Translations under genes and position numbers: made by a program
From: Nitrosopumilus sp.
GTDB taxonomy: Archaea; Thermoproteota; Nitrososphaeria; Nitrososphaerales; Nitrosopumilaceae
Assembly: GCA_965207075.1 (NCBI GenBank)
Contig: CBDBLO010000002.1
Coordinates: forward strand, 1,216,001-1,280,000
Reading direction: 5' to 3'
Length of the DNA stretch: 64,000 nt
Shown: piece after piece, positions 1 to 7,773 of the stretch
Position numbering within the stretch: position 1 is the first letter of the stretch
Layout: each line of letters opens with the position of its first letter
Notes under the pieces: model-generated
The model's database searches: none
What the model saw: the letters and a program-made list of their open reading frames with translations, nothing else
What the model was told of the DNA's origin: nothing

Positions 1-125
1 AACACTGTGCGGGTGAACTCGGCTCCCAGCCGGGCTTCAAGGTATGATCCCATATACCTGAGCCCTGGCGGGTACATCTTGTGATGGGACATCTTGTAGC
101 TGTCGGTGTTGAGTATGGCGTTCAT
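1..125 (-). CDS. nadV: Nicotinamide phosphoribosyltransferase (NAMPT/NadV family), 5' part only
   Basis: Hand translation MNAILNTDSYKMSHHKMYPPGLRYMGSYLEAR matches NAMPT N-terminal TDSYKxxHxxxYP...SYxExR signature; runs off window; not in ORF track. Confidence 0.85.
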   Translation of the reverse strand, partial: MNAILNTDSYKMSHHKMYPPGLRYMGSYLEARLGAEFTRTV

Positions 126-193
126 TTTTGGTCGTTCCCCCACCGCTGCGGCTTCACGGTATCGTATCGCGGCATGCCGATAAAAGGCAAAGG

Positions 194-268
194 CGAACCC
201 GGCAGGACTCGAACCTGCGATCTGGCGCTCCGCGGGCGCCCGCACTCTCCGGGCTGTGCTACGGGTCC
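194..268 (-). tRNA. tRNA-Arg(GCG) with atypical C33
   Basis: Cloverleaf GGACCCG/CGGGTTC, GCAC/GTGC, GGCGC-CCGCGGA-GCGCC, GCAGG-TTCGAGT-CCTGC. Confidence 0.88.
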
Positions 269-269
269 A

Positions 270-1325
270 TCATGAATATTCAGTTCCACCACCCCTGACC
301 AAATATTTCGGGCTCACGCTCTTGAGCATCACCCGTCCCTGCATGTCCGACCGCTCCGGCACGGGCCGCACTACCACGCCCTCGCGTACGTGGTCCGCCC
401 CCGGTACGAGCGACGGGCCGGACGTATGTTCTTCCAGCGCCTCCAGTGAGAACGGGCCCTTGTAGGCCAACGGGGCATGTCTCAGCCTCAGGCCGCCTCG
501 GACCAGGTCTATGTCCGACTGCGTGACGTACGTGCCGTCGGACAGCATGACGTCAAAGACGGCCATGTCAAGATCAGTCCCGTAGTGCAGGTCCTGCACA
601 TCGCGGCCGTAGATCTCGCAGAACACGTGGACCGGCCCGTCGTCACCGTCCTTGCCGCGTGTTGCGCGCAGATCCTTGGTAATCGCGTACAGGTCGTGCG
701 CGTACCGTCCGGCCATCCGCGTGTAGATGTTGTCCACGCCGTCGGCAAACACGAGCTGGGATGCGGCCCACCCCTTGCTGGACACCGCTATGGAGTCGTA
801 CGGCCTGACCGCGCAGTAGCACAGCACGCCGTGCACCTTCTCGTGCATCGTGACGGGCTCGCCCTCCTGCAGCCTGCCGGGGTGGTTCTTGATGTTCTCA
901 ACGTCGTATGACGCGAGTTTGTCATTGCCGCCGTACCGCACGACCTTGCCCCTCATGTCCGTGGGTATGACCGGCTCGTACTTTGTCACTCCGAGCAGCT
1001 CCGTGCAGTCGGCCCCCTCCTTCCATTTCCACCCGTCGAGTTGTTTGCCGCTGTATATCAGCCCCTGGGAGAGCACGCCGCGCAGCCGCTGGGCGCTCAC
1101 GCGGTTGTGCTTCTTCCCGCCCAGCTTGCCGACCAGCCCCATCTCCTCCAGTATCGATTTGGGGACGATCGCCTGCTCCGGTATGTACGCGGCCAGGTCG
1201 CCCGTCTTGTACATGCCCTTGGGCACGACGCACTTGTACCCCATCACCACGGCAATCTCCAGCCTGTCGGCCTCGGGGTGCTTCTCGACCTGCAGCCTAT
1301 GCATCTCTACTGCAAAGCTGGCCAT
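270..1325 (-). CDS. RNA ligase, DRB0094 family (N-terminal tRNA-binding/OB-like domain + Rnl2-type nucleotidyltransferase)
   Basis: HPEADRLE...VVPKG..YIPE..RLRGVLSQGL N-domain; EKVHG motif I, EIYG, FDV, REGVVV, LKSVSPKYL. Confidence 0.9.
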   Translation of the reverse strand: MASFAVEMHRLQVEKHPEADRLEIAVVMGYKCVVPKGMYKTGDLAAYIPEQAIVPKSILEEMGLVGKLGGKKHNRVSAQRLRGVLSQGLIYSGKQLDGWKWKEGADCTELLGVTKYEPVIPTDMRGKVVRYGGNDKLASYDVENIKNHPGRLQEGEPVTMHEKVHGVLCYCAVRPYDSIAVSSKGWAASQLVFADGVDNIYTRMAGRYAHDLYAITKDLRATRGKDGDDGPVHVFCEIYGRDVQDLHYGTDLDMAVFDVMLSDGTYVTQSDIDLVRGGLRLRHAPLAYKGPFSLEALEEHTSGPSLVPGADHVREGVVVRPVPERSDMQGRVMLKSVSPKYLVRGGGTEYS

Positions 1326-1441
1326 CAGCTACCCGCCCCACCCACGGGTCCGAAATACGCGACGTAAAGCATGAACAACGCAAAGGCCACGAACATAACT
1401 ATGCATGCAACCGACAAGTTTGACCTCCCGCGGGCGGCCAT
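1325..1441 (-). CDS. 38-aa single-TM protein
   Basis: MAARGRSNLSVACIVMFVAFALFMLYVAYFGPVGGAGS; TAATG and TGATG overlaps on both sides. Confidence 0.55.
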   Translation of the reverse strand: MAARGRSNLSVACIVMFVAFALFMLYVAYFGPVGGAGS

Positions 1442-1584
1442 TACGGATTACCCCGAAACTCATCACAAGAGCAAGGCATGGTGACTCCCTCGCCGCAGTA
1501 TTCGGCCTTGATGGATACGGTGCACTCACCGCCGCCTATCTTATGATACTCGTAGCCGTGGCCGCAGTCGCAGAGCGGGGACAT
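1441..1584 (-). CDS. 47-aa Zn-finger microprotein (CxCGHxxxxH...CxCxxF)
   Basis: MSPLCDCGHGYEYHK...PCSCDEF; coupled by TAATG. Confidence 0.65.
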   Translation of the reverse strand: MSPLCDCGHGYEYHKIGGGECTVSIKAEYCGEGVTMPCSCDEFRGNP

Positions 1585-1740
1585 TAGGTTGGCACCTCCG
1601 CGCTTATTGGTGCCTCCCCGACTGGTTCAAAAAACGACGCCGGGTTGGGTTCGTCCTCCACCAGCAGTATGAGTACCATCAGCCCACCCACTCCTCTGCC
1701 GAACCGTATTTTCCCATAACATCACCAATATTATCATATC

Positions 1741-1763
1741 ATTTATAAATGTTAGGTTATTAT
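1741..1763 (-). promoter_or_regulatory. Archaeal promoter (TATA box TTTATAAA) identical to 17952-17974
   Basis: ATTTATAAATGTTAGGTTATTAT, AT-rich island ~25 nt upstream of an ATG on minus strand. Confidence 0.75.
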
Positions 1764-1880
1764 GCCCTGCGGTATTTCCAGCATACCCACGGGGCGGCGG
1801 TCTCGCTCATTGCACACACACAACGCGTTTGTACATAAGGCGCCGGCCTCCAGCGGACAGGCAGAATGACGCGTGTATGG

Positions 1881-2096
1881 TCATGGCGCGGACTTCTGCG
1901 GCCTTCGTATGATCCGCAGCCGCACGGCGCATTCCTCGCAGTAGATGTACTTTCGGATGCCCGGCCTAGAGTTCTTGCTCACCACGGCGGTCCCCGGAAA
2001 GCACTCCGCGCCGCACTGGCGGCAGTCCGTATGGTGTCCGAGACGGCGCCTGTTGCTGTACTTGGCCGTGTCCATGACAAAGCGCTTGGCGGGCAT
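1881..2096 (-). CDS. Zn-finger protein, CxxC...VS...CxECAVRL family
   Basis: CRQC...VVSK...YCEECAVRL; TGATG coupling. Confidence 0.7.
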   Translation of the reverse strand: MPAKRFVMDTAKYSNRRRLGHHTDCRQCGAECFPGTAVVSKNSRPGIRKYIYCEECAVRLRIIRRPQKSAP

Positions 2097-2347
2097 CAGG
2101 CGGCCGTCACCTCTGAAAGTTCGCACACGCCGAGCCGGACGGCGCACTCGGCGCAGTATCGCTTGCCGTTCAGGCGCCGGGGCTTGGAGACGGCGACGTC
2201 CCCGGGCGCGAACTCGCGGCGGCAGTTGCCGCATCCCGTATAGGGGGTGCGGCGTCCCGAGGCGTGCCCGCGCCTAGCGTCCGTCGCCTGCTGCCTGCGC
2301 CGGCGGCCGTCCTGCTGGTCCAGCCACTTCTGGCTGACGTGTATCAC
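2096..2347 (-). CDS. Zn-finger protein, CAVRL family
   Basis: PYTGCGNC..FAPGDVAVSK..YCAECAVRLG; GTGA overlap start. Confidence 0.7.
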   Translation of the reverse strand: MIHVSQKWLDQQDGRRRRQQATDARRGHASGRRTPYTGCGNCRREFAPGDVAVSKPRRLNGKRYCAECAVRLGVCELSEVTAA

Positions 2348-2625
2348 CGTGACCGGAGCCACGCGTCCACCTCCGAAGCGGTGCATATTCCAAGCCTCAC
2401 GGCGCATTCCACGCACCAGTGTTTGCGGTGCTTGCCGCTCGGCCTGCTCACGGCCAGGCTTCCCACGGACAGTTCCGTCCTGCATTCGCAGCACGCGGTA
2501 TACGGCGACTTGCGCCCGGCCGAGCGACTGCTCCGCATGGTGGCGTGGGCCTTGAGTTCCTTGTCCTGCAGGGTGCGCTGGTATGTCAGCCACCGGCGTT
2601 CTATGCGCATTATGAATGCCGGCAT
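2344..2625 (-). CDS. Zn-finger protein, CAVRL family
   Basis: PYTACCEC..VSR..WCVECAVRLGIC. Confidence 0.7.
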   Translation of the reverse strand: MPAFIMRIERRWLTYQRTLQDKELKAHATMRSSRSAGRKSPYTACCECRTELSVGSLAVSRPSGKHRKHWCVECAVRLGICTASEVDAWLRSR

Positions 2626-2894
2626 CAGGGGGGAGCCCCCTGCCTCGCCGCGTCCACAATGCGGCGGACCTCCTGCATGCTTTCCACGCGCCGCATGGAG
2701 AACGCGCCGGCGCGGTGCGGCTCGTAGAACGCGTGCTCGACGGCCGCCATCAGGGGCGTCCAGATGCCGGGAACCTGGACCGCCCTGTTGCGCGGCATCC
2801 CGGCGCAGCACTCCACGCAGTAGTAACGCTCGCCGGCTCCGTCGTAGTTGAGGACAAGCATGGTTATCGCGCCGGCGGCGTGGACGTCGCTCAT
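2625..2894 (-). CDS. CxxC...HAxxxPH putative Zn-binding protein
   Basis: YYCVEC...VEHAFYEPH; homologous to both halves of 8998-9630. Confidence 0.65.
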   Translation of the reverse strand: MSDVHAAGAITMLVLNYDGAGERYYCVECCAGMPRNRAVQVPGIWTPLMAAVEHAFYEPHRAGAFSMRRVESMQEVRRIVDAARQGAPP

Positions 2895-2895
2895 C

Positions 2896-3036
2896 TTACG
2901 CCGCCTCCCTGTACGTGCGGCACCCGCAGGAGGGGCAGCCGCCGGGCGCCACGCACGACCCGCGGCACGGGCACCGCAGGCACTTCCGCTCGCCCATGTA
3001 GTGGTCGTCCCTGGGGCAGCCGCACATGCAGGGCAT
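2896..3036 (-). CDS. 46-aa Cys-rich microprotein
   Basis: MPCMCGCPRDDHYMGERKCLRCPC...CPSCGCRTY. Confidence 0.6.
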   Translation of the reverse strand: MPCMCGCPRDDHYMGERKCLRCPCRGSCVAPGGCPSCGCRTYREAA

Positions 3037-3037
3037 G

Positions 3038-3424
3038 TCAGCACCCCTCCTCCCCCGGGCGGTGGGCCAGCGTGTCCACGTTGCGGATGATCGGGTTCCC
3101 AACACCGCGCTTCCCCAGTTCCTCCCGCGCTATATCGCATGACTCTGGAAGTATCTCCATGTGCTCGATGCGGGCCGCCGTCTCGGGCGTGATGATCCCG
3201 GCGTCCATGCCGCGCGTGGTGAAGTTGGCCTCGCCCGCGAACGGGTCGATGATGTGGACGCGCTCCCCGTTGAGGCCATCGGCAACGCCGAACTCGGTCT
3301 TCAGGATGTGGTCTACGGAGTTCTCGATAAAGTCGATGAGCTCGGGCGGGGTGAACACCTGCACCTTTTTCTTGTCTTGGCGGGCCTTTGCGACGTCCTC
3401 GTCCGTGAGGGGCTTGTCCGTCAT
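3038..3424 (-). CDS. Truncated adenine-MTase-like protein (SAM-binding half, Type ISP R-M-like), no NPPY motif
   Basis: VFTPPELIDFIENSVDHILKTEFG..GL...VHIIDPFAG resembles Type ISP MTase motifs X and I; ends before motif IV. Confidence 0.7.
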   Translation of the reverse strand: MTDKPLTDEDVAKARQDKKKVQVFTPPELIDFIENSVDHILKTEFGVADGLNGERVHIIDPFAGEANFTTRGMDAGIITPETAARIEHMEILPESCDIAREELGKRGVGNPIIRNVDTLAHRPGEEGC

Positions 3425-4002
3425 GTCAACACCTGCTGCCCTGCACCCCGGTTCTTCTGGGCGATCTCCTCCAGTATCTTTGTCCGCTTGGCCTCTATTA
3501 GCTCGCGTTCATGCTTGATTGCGTTATTGGTCATGCCCATGCGCGGCTCCCCCATGGCGGCGCTGCGGCGTTCGATTGCAGTCTTCTCGGCGTGGCATGG
3601 CTTGCACATCAGTTGCAGGCGTTCCTTGGCAAGGTCGGGGTTGCGTAGGTAGTACCTCACTATCGAATTAGAGTTTCCGATGGCCTTGCGGTCTACGGAG
3701 CCGTCCGACCTGATGTGGTCTAAATGTAGGTTGGACGTGACATGGCACACGACGCAGGAGCCGCCGAGCAGCTTGAGGATGTCGCGGCGCATGGCATAGT
3801 ACATCTTGCTCTTTGAATCCGCGTCGCATTTCTTGCACCACGTCTTAAGCCCGTGCGAGTTGACCTTGCTCTTGCTGAAGTGGTCGTAGGACAGGGTCAG
3901 CCCGCACTTCTTGCAGATGCGCATCTTGTTCTTGTCCAAAAGCTGCCTTTGGCGGCGCTTTAGATCCAGACTGCGAATTGCAATCTCGTCAAGCTCGCTC
4001 AT
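3421..4002 (-). CDS. HNH endonuclease with N-terminal Zn finger
   Basis: CKKC..F...GLKTWCKKC; LGGSCVVC..LHLDHI..DG...LQLMCKPCHAEKT. Confidence 0.82.
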   Translation of the reverse strand: MSELDEIAIRSLDLKRRQRQLLDKNKMRICKKCGLTLSYDHFSKSKVNSHGLKTWCKKCDADSKSKMYYAMRRDILKLLGGSCVVCHVTSNLHLDHIRSDGSVDRKAIGNSNSIVRYYLRNPDLAKERLQLMCKPCHAEKTAIERRSAAMGEPRMGMTNNAIKHERELIEAKRTKILEEIAQKNRGAGQQVLT

Positions 4003-4523
4003 TTGGCGGCCTCCTGTTTTCTGCGTCGCATGATTGTAAGCCTTGCCCATCGACAGTCGTTGCACAGTATTTTGAGGTGCTTGACGGCCTGCTCCGGGCG
4101 CTTGAGATAGTACGCGTACCGCATCGAGGGGAACGTTGGAACGTCGGGGTTGTGTACGACCTGCGTGACATAGGCGCGACTGCTGTCTTTTATGGCGGTC
4201 TTGCAGATGTGGCATGTCGTGCCGCCTAACAGCGACAGGATTCCGGCGCGTACGCTGGAGTTGTGCCTGTGGGATTCCGCGCTGTGGCATTTCCGGCAGA
4301 TGTGCTGCAGCCCGTCTGCCGTGCGGCAGTGGCGCGCGAACTTCTCGCGGGGCAGTGGCTTTCTGCATCTAAAGCACATCTTCAGGTTGTTGGCGGCGGC
4401 CTGCCTCTTGATCAGTGTGGCCAGCTTTACCTGCAGTTCTAGTTCCCGCTGATTGATCGCGTCAAGTTCCTCCTGCGTGGTGATGTATCCGGGAGTCGGC
4501 TTTTTCTCACGGTTGGTGTGCAT
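3999..4523 (-). CDS. Degenerate HNH paralog of 3421-4002
   Basis: Same architecture (CFRC..DGLQHICRKC; LLGGTTCHIC; YYLKRPE..LKILCNDC) without DH and final His. Confidence 0.7.
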   Translation of the reverse strand: MHTNREKKPTPGYITTQEELDAINQRELELQVKLATLIKRQAAANNLKMCFRCRKPLPREKFARHCRTADGLQHICRKCHSAESHRHNSSVRAGILSLLGGTTCHICKTAIKDSSRAYVTQVVHNPDVPTFPSMRYAYYLKRPEQAVKHLKILCNDCRWARLTIMRRRKQEAAK

Positions 4524-4894
4524 TACGACATGTCCCTCCTCGGCTGGTATGACATGCATCCGCAGGACGACACCATGCAACGGCGCGTGCGCTCCATCGG
4601 CTTTGTCTGCTCGTGGGCGTCGGACGGGTGGCGGCACCCGCGGCATGTCGAGTCGTTGGCCGCCACGTTGCGGATTGCCTGCGCGCGTCTCTGCATTTTT
4701 TCGGCGATGTACATGGCTTTGCAGTCGCATATCATGCAGCCCTTTTGGTGGGAGGTTGCGGGGTGGCCGCACCCGTCGCATGTGACGCGTTCTGCCGCAG
4801 AAGGTATGGCGCGCTGGCGGTACTTTACGCGCTTCCTCATGCCTATGGCATTGAGGTGTCCTGTCTTCGGGTGGACGTCAGACCAGCGGGGCAT
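4523..4894 (-). CDS. Protein with two CxxCxHxxxxH...CxC fingers
   Basis: CDGCGHPATSH..CDC and CRGCRHPSDAH..CGC. Confidence 0.7.
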   Translation of the reverse strand: MPRWSDVHPKTGHLNAIGMRKRVKYRQRAIPSAAERVTCDGCGHPATSHQKGCMICDCKAMYIAEKMQRRAQAIRNVAANDSTCRGCRHPSDAHEQTKPMERTRRCMVSSCGCMSYQPRRDMS

Positions 4895-5085
4895 TATCCT
4901 GTTGACACCTCCGGCATCCTGACCGGTCCCTGCCTTTTTTGAGCCTCCCACAGCAGGCACGTGCATATGACAAAGTCGCCCGCCTCGTTGGTGTCTATGT
5001 GGGTGCACCGCGGGCCTGCCTTGCCGAAATGCAAATGGATGCGTTCAAGGTGGCCGCAGCCGCGGCAGAACTTTTCGTCGATCAG
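4894..5085 (-). CDS. CxxCxHxxxxH...CxC microprotein, probable near-cognate (CTG) start
   Basis: CRGCGHLERIH...CTCLLW; CTGA overlap with upstream stop. Confidence 0.6.
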   Translation of the reverse strand: MIDEKFCRGCGHLERIHLHFGKAGPRCTHIDTNEAGDFVICTCLLWEAQKRQGPVRMPEVSTG

Positions 5086-5567
5086 CCGGATCCTCCCCCC
5101 CGCTGCATGTGCTGCTCGAGCATCCCCCTGTACTCCCACGCCTTCTCCTGCATGGCACCGGGCCACGGCCAGTTGCCGCCGTCTGCTATGAGCTCAAGCG
5201 AGCCGCACTTTACGGAGCCGTCGGGCTGCCTGCCGAACGGCATCAGGCGGATGTCCAGCAGGTCGGCGTCCTTGCACCGTTCGCGGGCGGCCTTTACGGC
5301 GTCCCCGTTGATGTCGGCGCCGTATATCTCGACGCGTGCGGCGCCCCGGTCGCGGGCTTGGCGCATGCCCTCTGCCAGCAGTATGCCGGAGCCGCAGGCG
5401 GGATCGAATATGCGGACGCGCCTGCCCCTGTGGTCCTCGGCCCCAAACGTCATCCCCACGAGCAGCGTCGCCGCGGCGGAGGACGTATAGTAGGAGGCGG
5501 CCTCCTTGCGGTGCTCACTGTCACCGGTTTCGGGGTCGTACTTGACTGGCCTTTTTTCGTTTGTCAT
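5082..5567 (-). CDS. Truncated adenine-MTase-like protein (SAM-binding half), no NPPF/Y motif
   Basis: YYT (motif X), IFDPACGSGILL (motif I), IYGADIN (motif II), GSLELI; ends before motif IV. Confidence 0.75.
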   Translation of the reverse strand: MTNEKRPVKYDPETGDSEHRKEAASYYTSSAAATLLVGMTFGAEDHRGRRVRIFDPACGSGILLAEGMRQARDRGAARVEIYGADINGDAVKAARERCKDADLLDIRLMPFGRQPDGSVKCGSLELIADGGNWPWPGAMQEKAWEYRGMLEQHMQRGGGSG

Positions 5568-5821
5568 TTCTTCACACGCCTCCGGGTGTCATTCCGGCTG
5601 CCCGACCGGGCGTAGCGGCCCTGGTGGTCGGTGCGCGGCATGACTGCCTGCGCGGTCTGGGTGGGCATCTGCGACGCGTCCTCCCCGGGCATGTCCATCG
5701 GGCGGCCGCACTCGACGCACTCCATGTTGGACGTCCAGCCCGTGCCGCCGTCGCCGGTGTCGCCGAACGTCTCGTAGTATACGGTGCCGCCGCACTTGGG
5801 GCACACTGGGGGCTTGGTCAA
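5564..5821 (-). CDS. Zn-ribbon protein
   Basis: CPKCGG...CVECG. Confidence 0.65.
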   Translation of the reverse strand: MTKPPVCPKCGGTVYYETFGDTGDGGTGWTSNMECVECGRPMDMPGEDASQMPTQTAQAVMPRTDHQGRYARSGSRNDTRRRVKK

Positions 5822-6024
5822 CCCGCGGCCTCCTTCAGCATTTGCGACACGCTCTTGTGGTACGTGCGTATCCTGAGCTGCTTGCCGCAGCAGGGGCAGT
5901 GCCTGCCATCCCAGTCAGTCTGCATGTCACATGGGCGGCAAACCTTGGTTGCGCCGCGCCTGCGCTGGCCTCCTTCCATCAGCGTGCCGAGCGAGTATCT
6001 GTCGCATTTGCCGCGGCATGCCAT
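5818..6024 (-). CDS. Small Zn-finger protein (CxGxC...CxxC..WDG.xCPCCGxxLR)
   Basis: MACRGKC...CRPC..WDGRHCPCCGKQLR; pattern familiar from thaumarchaeal small proteins. Confidence 0.7.
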   Translation of the reverse strand: MACRGKCDRYSLGTLMEGGQRRRGATKVCRPCDMQTDWDGRHCPCCGKQLRIRTYHKSVSQMLKEAAG

Positions 6025-6683
6025 CAGTCCCGCACCAACCTGTTCTTGCGCGCGTGTCTGTTGTTGCCGACCGTCCCCCTTGCGCGGCGGGCGGCTATTG
6101 CGCGGTGTCCCATGCCGGTTGACGGCGCGGCGGCGTCGCAGCCCGTGCGGCGGCACGTTCCAAGGAGGCGGTAACATCTTTGGCAGTACGACCCCGGTTC
6201 CTGCTCCGCGCGGCGGCGCATCTCGGCCACTCCGCCGTCGCTGACCCCAAGGCCGCGGGCGGTGCGCCGCGATACTGTGCGCTGCGACCTGACCTTGCCT
6301 ACGGTGACATGCTCGCGGGCGGCATGCACCTGCAACCGCTCCCTTGTTTGTTCGTCCTCGGGACGGGCGGAGTATATCTCGCAGGCCAGGTGCTCGGGGG
6401 CCACGCACGTGGTGTTGCGGCACGATCTCGTTATGGTGGCGCCGGCGGGGGGCGCGTGTCCGCGCCACGCCCTGAACAAGTGCGGCAGTATGCCGACGCG
6501 CTTGCCGCCGATCTTGGCCTCCGGCTGTCCCTTCTTGGACTTGCCCGTCCAGGGGCGGCAGCCGTTCTTGTCGGCCGCGCCAATCGCTCCGCGCCGCAGC
6601 ATGTCGCACGCCCGTTCGCGTACAGCGGCGGTCGCGGGATCACCGGCGGCCTCGGCCAGCCTGCCGTAGGTCAGGGGTGGCAC
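6024..6683 (-). CDS. Degenerate HNH_3-like homing endonuclease domain protein
   Basis: GCRPWTG...TRSCRNTTCVAPEHL versus canonical CWxWxG...HxCxNxxCVNPxHL. Confidence 0.65.
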   Translation of the reverse strand: MPPLTYGRLAEAAGDPATAAVRERACDMLRRGAIGAADKNGCRPWTGKSKKGQPEAKIGGKRVGILPHLFRAWRGHAPPAGATITRSCRNTTCVAPEHLACEIYSARPEDEQTRERLQVHAAREHVTVGKVRSQRTVSRRTARGLGVSDGGVAEMRRRAEQEPGSYCQRCYRLLGTCRRTGCDAAAPSTGMGHRAIAARRARGTVGNNRHARKNRLVRD

Positions 6684-6747
6684 CCCCCGCCGTCAGGGCC
6701 GTGGACGCCGGCGCCATGGCCGCAGCCGGCGTACGCAGAGTCCCGAC

Positions 6748-7080
6748 TCACTGTGGTGCGGCCTCCTCTACTGCGTTCCCGTATACCGCGCGGGACTTGC
6801 GCGTCGCAAGCACCGCGTCGATGTCGGCCTGCGTGCAGATGCCCAGGCGGACGGCGCACGTGCCGCACCGGTACACGCGGTTCCTGCCCGACCGGCTCAC
6901 GTAGGTGTCGCCCAGTTCAAACTTGTGGCTGCAGTGGTTGCACGAGTCCCACGGGGCGGCGCGCACGTGCCCGCCGGTATGCGGCATGGTCTCGCGCTGC
7001 CTCTCGTGTTCGCGCTGCGTGGGTTGCTGCCGCGCAAGCCACAGCCTCGTGACGAGCCTGACCCGGAAGGAGGACGTCAT
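6748..7080 (-). CDS. Zn-finger protein, CAVRL family
   Basis: CNHC.HKFELGDTYVSR...CGTCAVRLGIC. Confidence 0.7.
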   Translation of the reverse strand: MTSSFRVRLVTRLWLARQQPTQREHERQRETMPHTGGHVRAAPWDSCNHCSHKFELGDTYVSRSGRNRVYRCGTCAVRLGICTQADIDAVLATRKSRAVYGNAVEEAAPQ

Positions 7081-7358
7081 GGGCCGGCCTCCGCAGTGGG
7101 GGTGTCGGGGACGGGCTCGATGTCCCTCCTGCGCGCGCCGCAATCAAGGCAGGCAAGGCCGCCAGCGCCGCTGTCGAGGTACCAGCGGTGCCCCCCGGGG
7201 CGTTGGCCGCAGGCCTCGACGGCCTTTTCGGTGGCGGTCTTCCAAGGGGGCGCCTCGGAGGGTGGAGGGGACTGCTCGCTGGCGGGCATGTGGCAGACGG
7301 TGCACACATCTTGGCCGAGCAGATCGCTGTACTGGTTTTTGTGTACTATGCACCTCAA
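7077..7358 (-). CDS. Cys/His-rich hypothetical protein
   Basis: CTVCH, HRW..CLDCG; coupled overlaps. Confidence 0.6.
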   Translation of the reverse strand: MRCIVHKNQYSDLLGQDVCTVCHMPASEQSPPPSEAPPWKTATEKAVEACGQRPGGHRWYLDSGAGGLACLDCGARRRDIEPVPDTPTAEAGP

Positions 7359-7756
7359 TGTCCGGACCTCCCGGCGGGACTGGAACCCTTGCCCTTACCG
7401 CGGCACCGCAGGCAGCACCCGCAGGGCCGGCTGACGCGCAGCACCCTGACGTACGGCCAGTGCCTCAGTGAAAGTTCCATTATCAGCGCGCGGTGCTCGG
7501 GCAGCCGCTCCGGGCAGTGCCTGCCCTCGTGGGCGGCGTGCCCGCAGAGGGAGCACGTCCTGCCGTTCCGCCCCGCCCCGCCCGGGCCGGTTTCTTCCGC
7601 CGTTCCGCCCTCTTGCGGCGGCGGGCTTATCCACCATCCGGGCTGCTCGGTGTCGGCCTCCGTCAGTATGTCGGTGCCGTCTGACGGGACGCCGTGCGGC
7701 GCGTCCGTTCCTCTTCTGCCGCGCCCCGCCGTCGCTGTGTCGTCGCTTTCTGCCAT
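7355..7756 (-). CDS. Hypothetical protein with C-terminal CxxCGHxxH...CxC
   Basis: CSLCGHAAH..PCGCCLRC. Confidence 0.55.
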   Translation of the reverse strand: MAESDDTATAGRGRRGTDAPHGVPSDGTDILTEADTEQPGWWISPPPQEGGTAEETGPGGAGRNGRTCSLCGHAAHEGRHCPERLPEHRALIMELSLRHWPYVRVLRVSRPCGCCLRCRGKGKGSSPAGRSGH

Positions 7757-7773
7757 CCGATTCACTCCTTTCC

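Noticed and set aside
3038-5567. Functional restriction-modification system from MTase-like genes plus HNH
   Set aside because: Both MTase-like ORFs lack motif IV and a target-recognition domain and come from different families, so they cannot be two halves of one enzyme.
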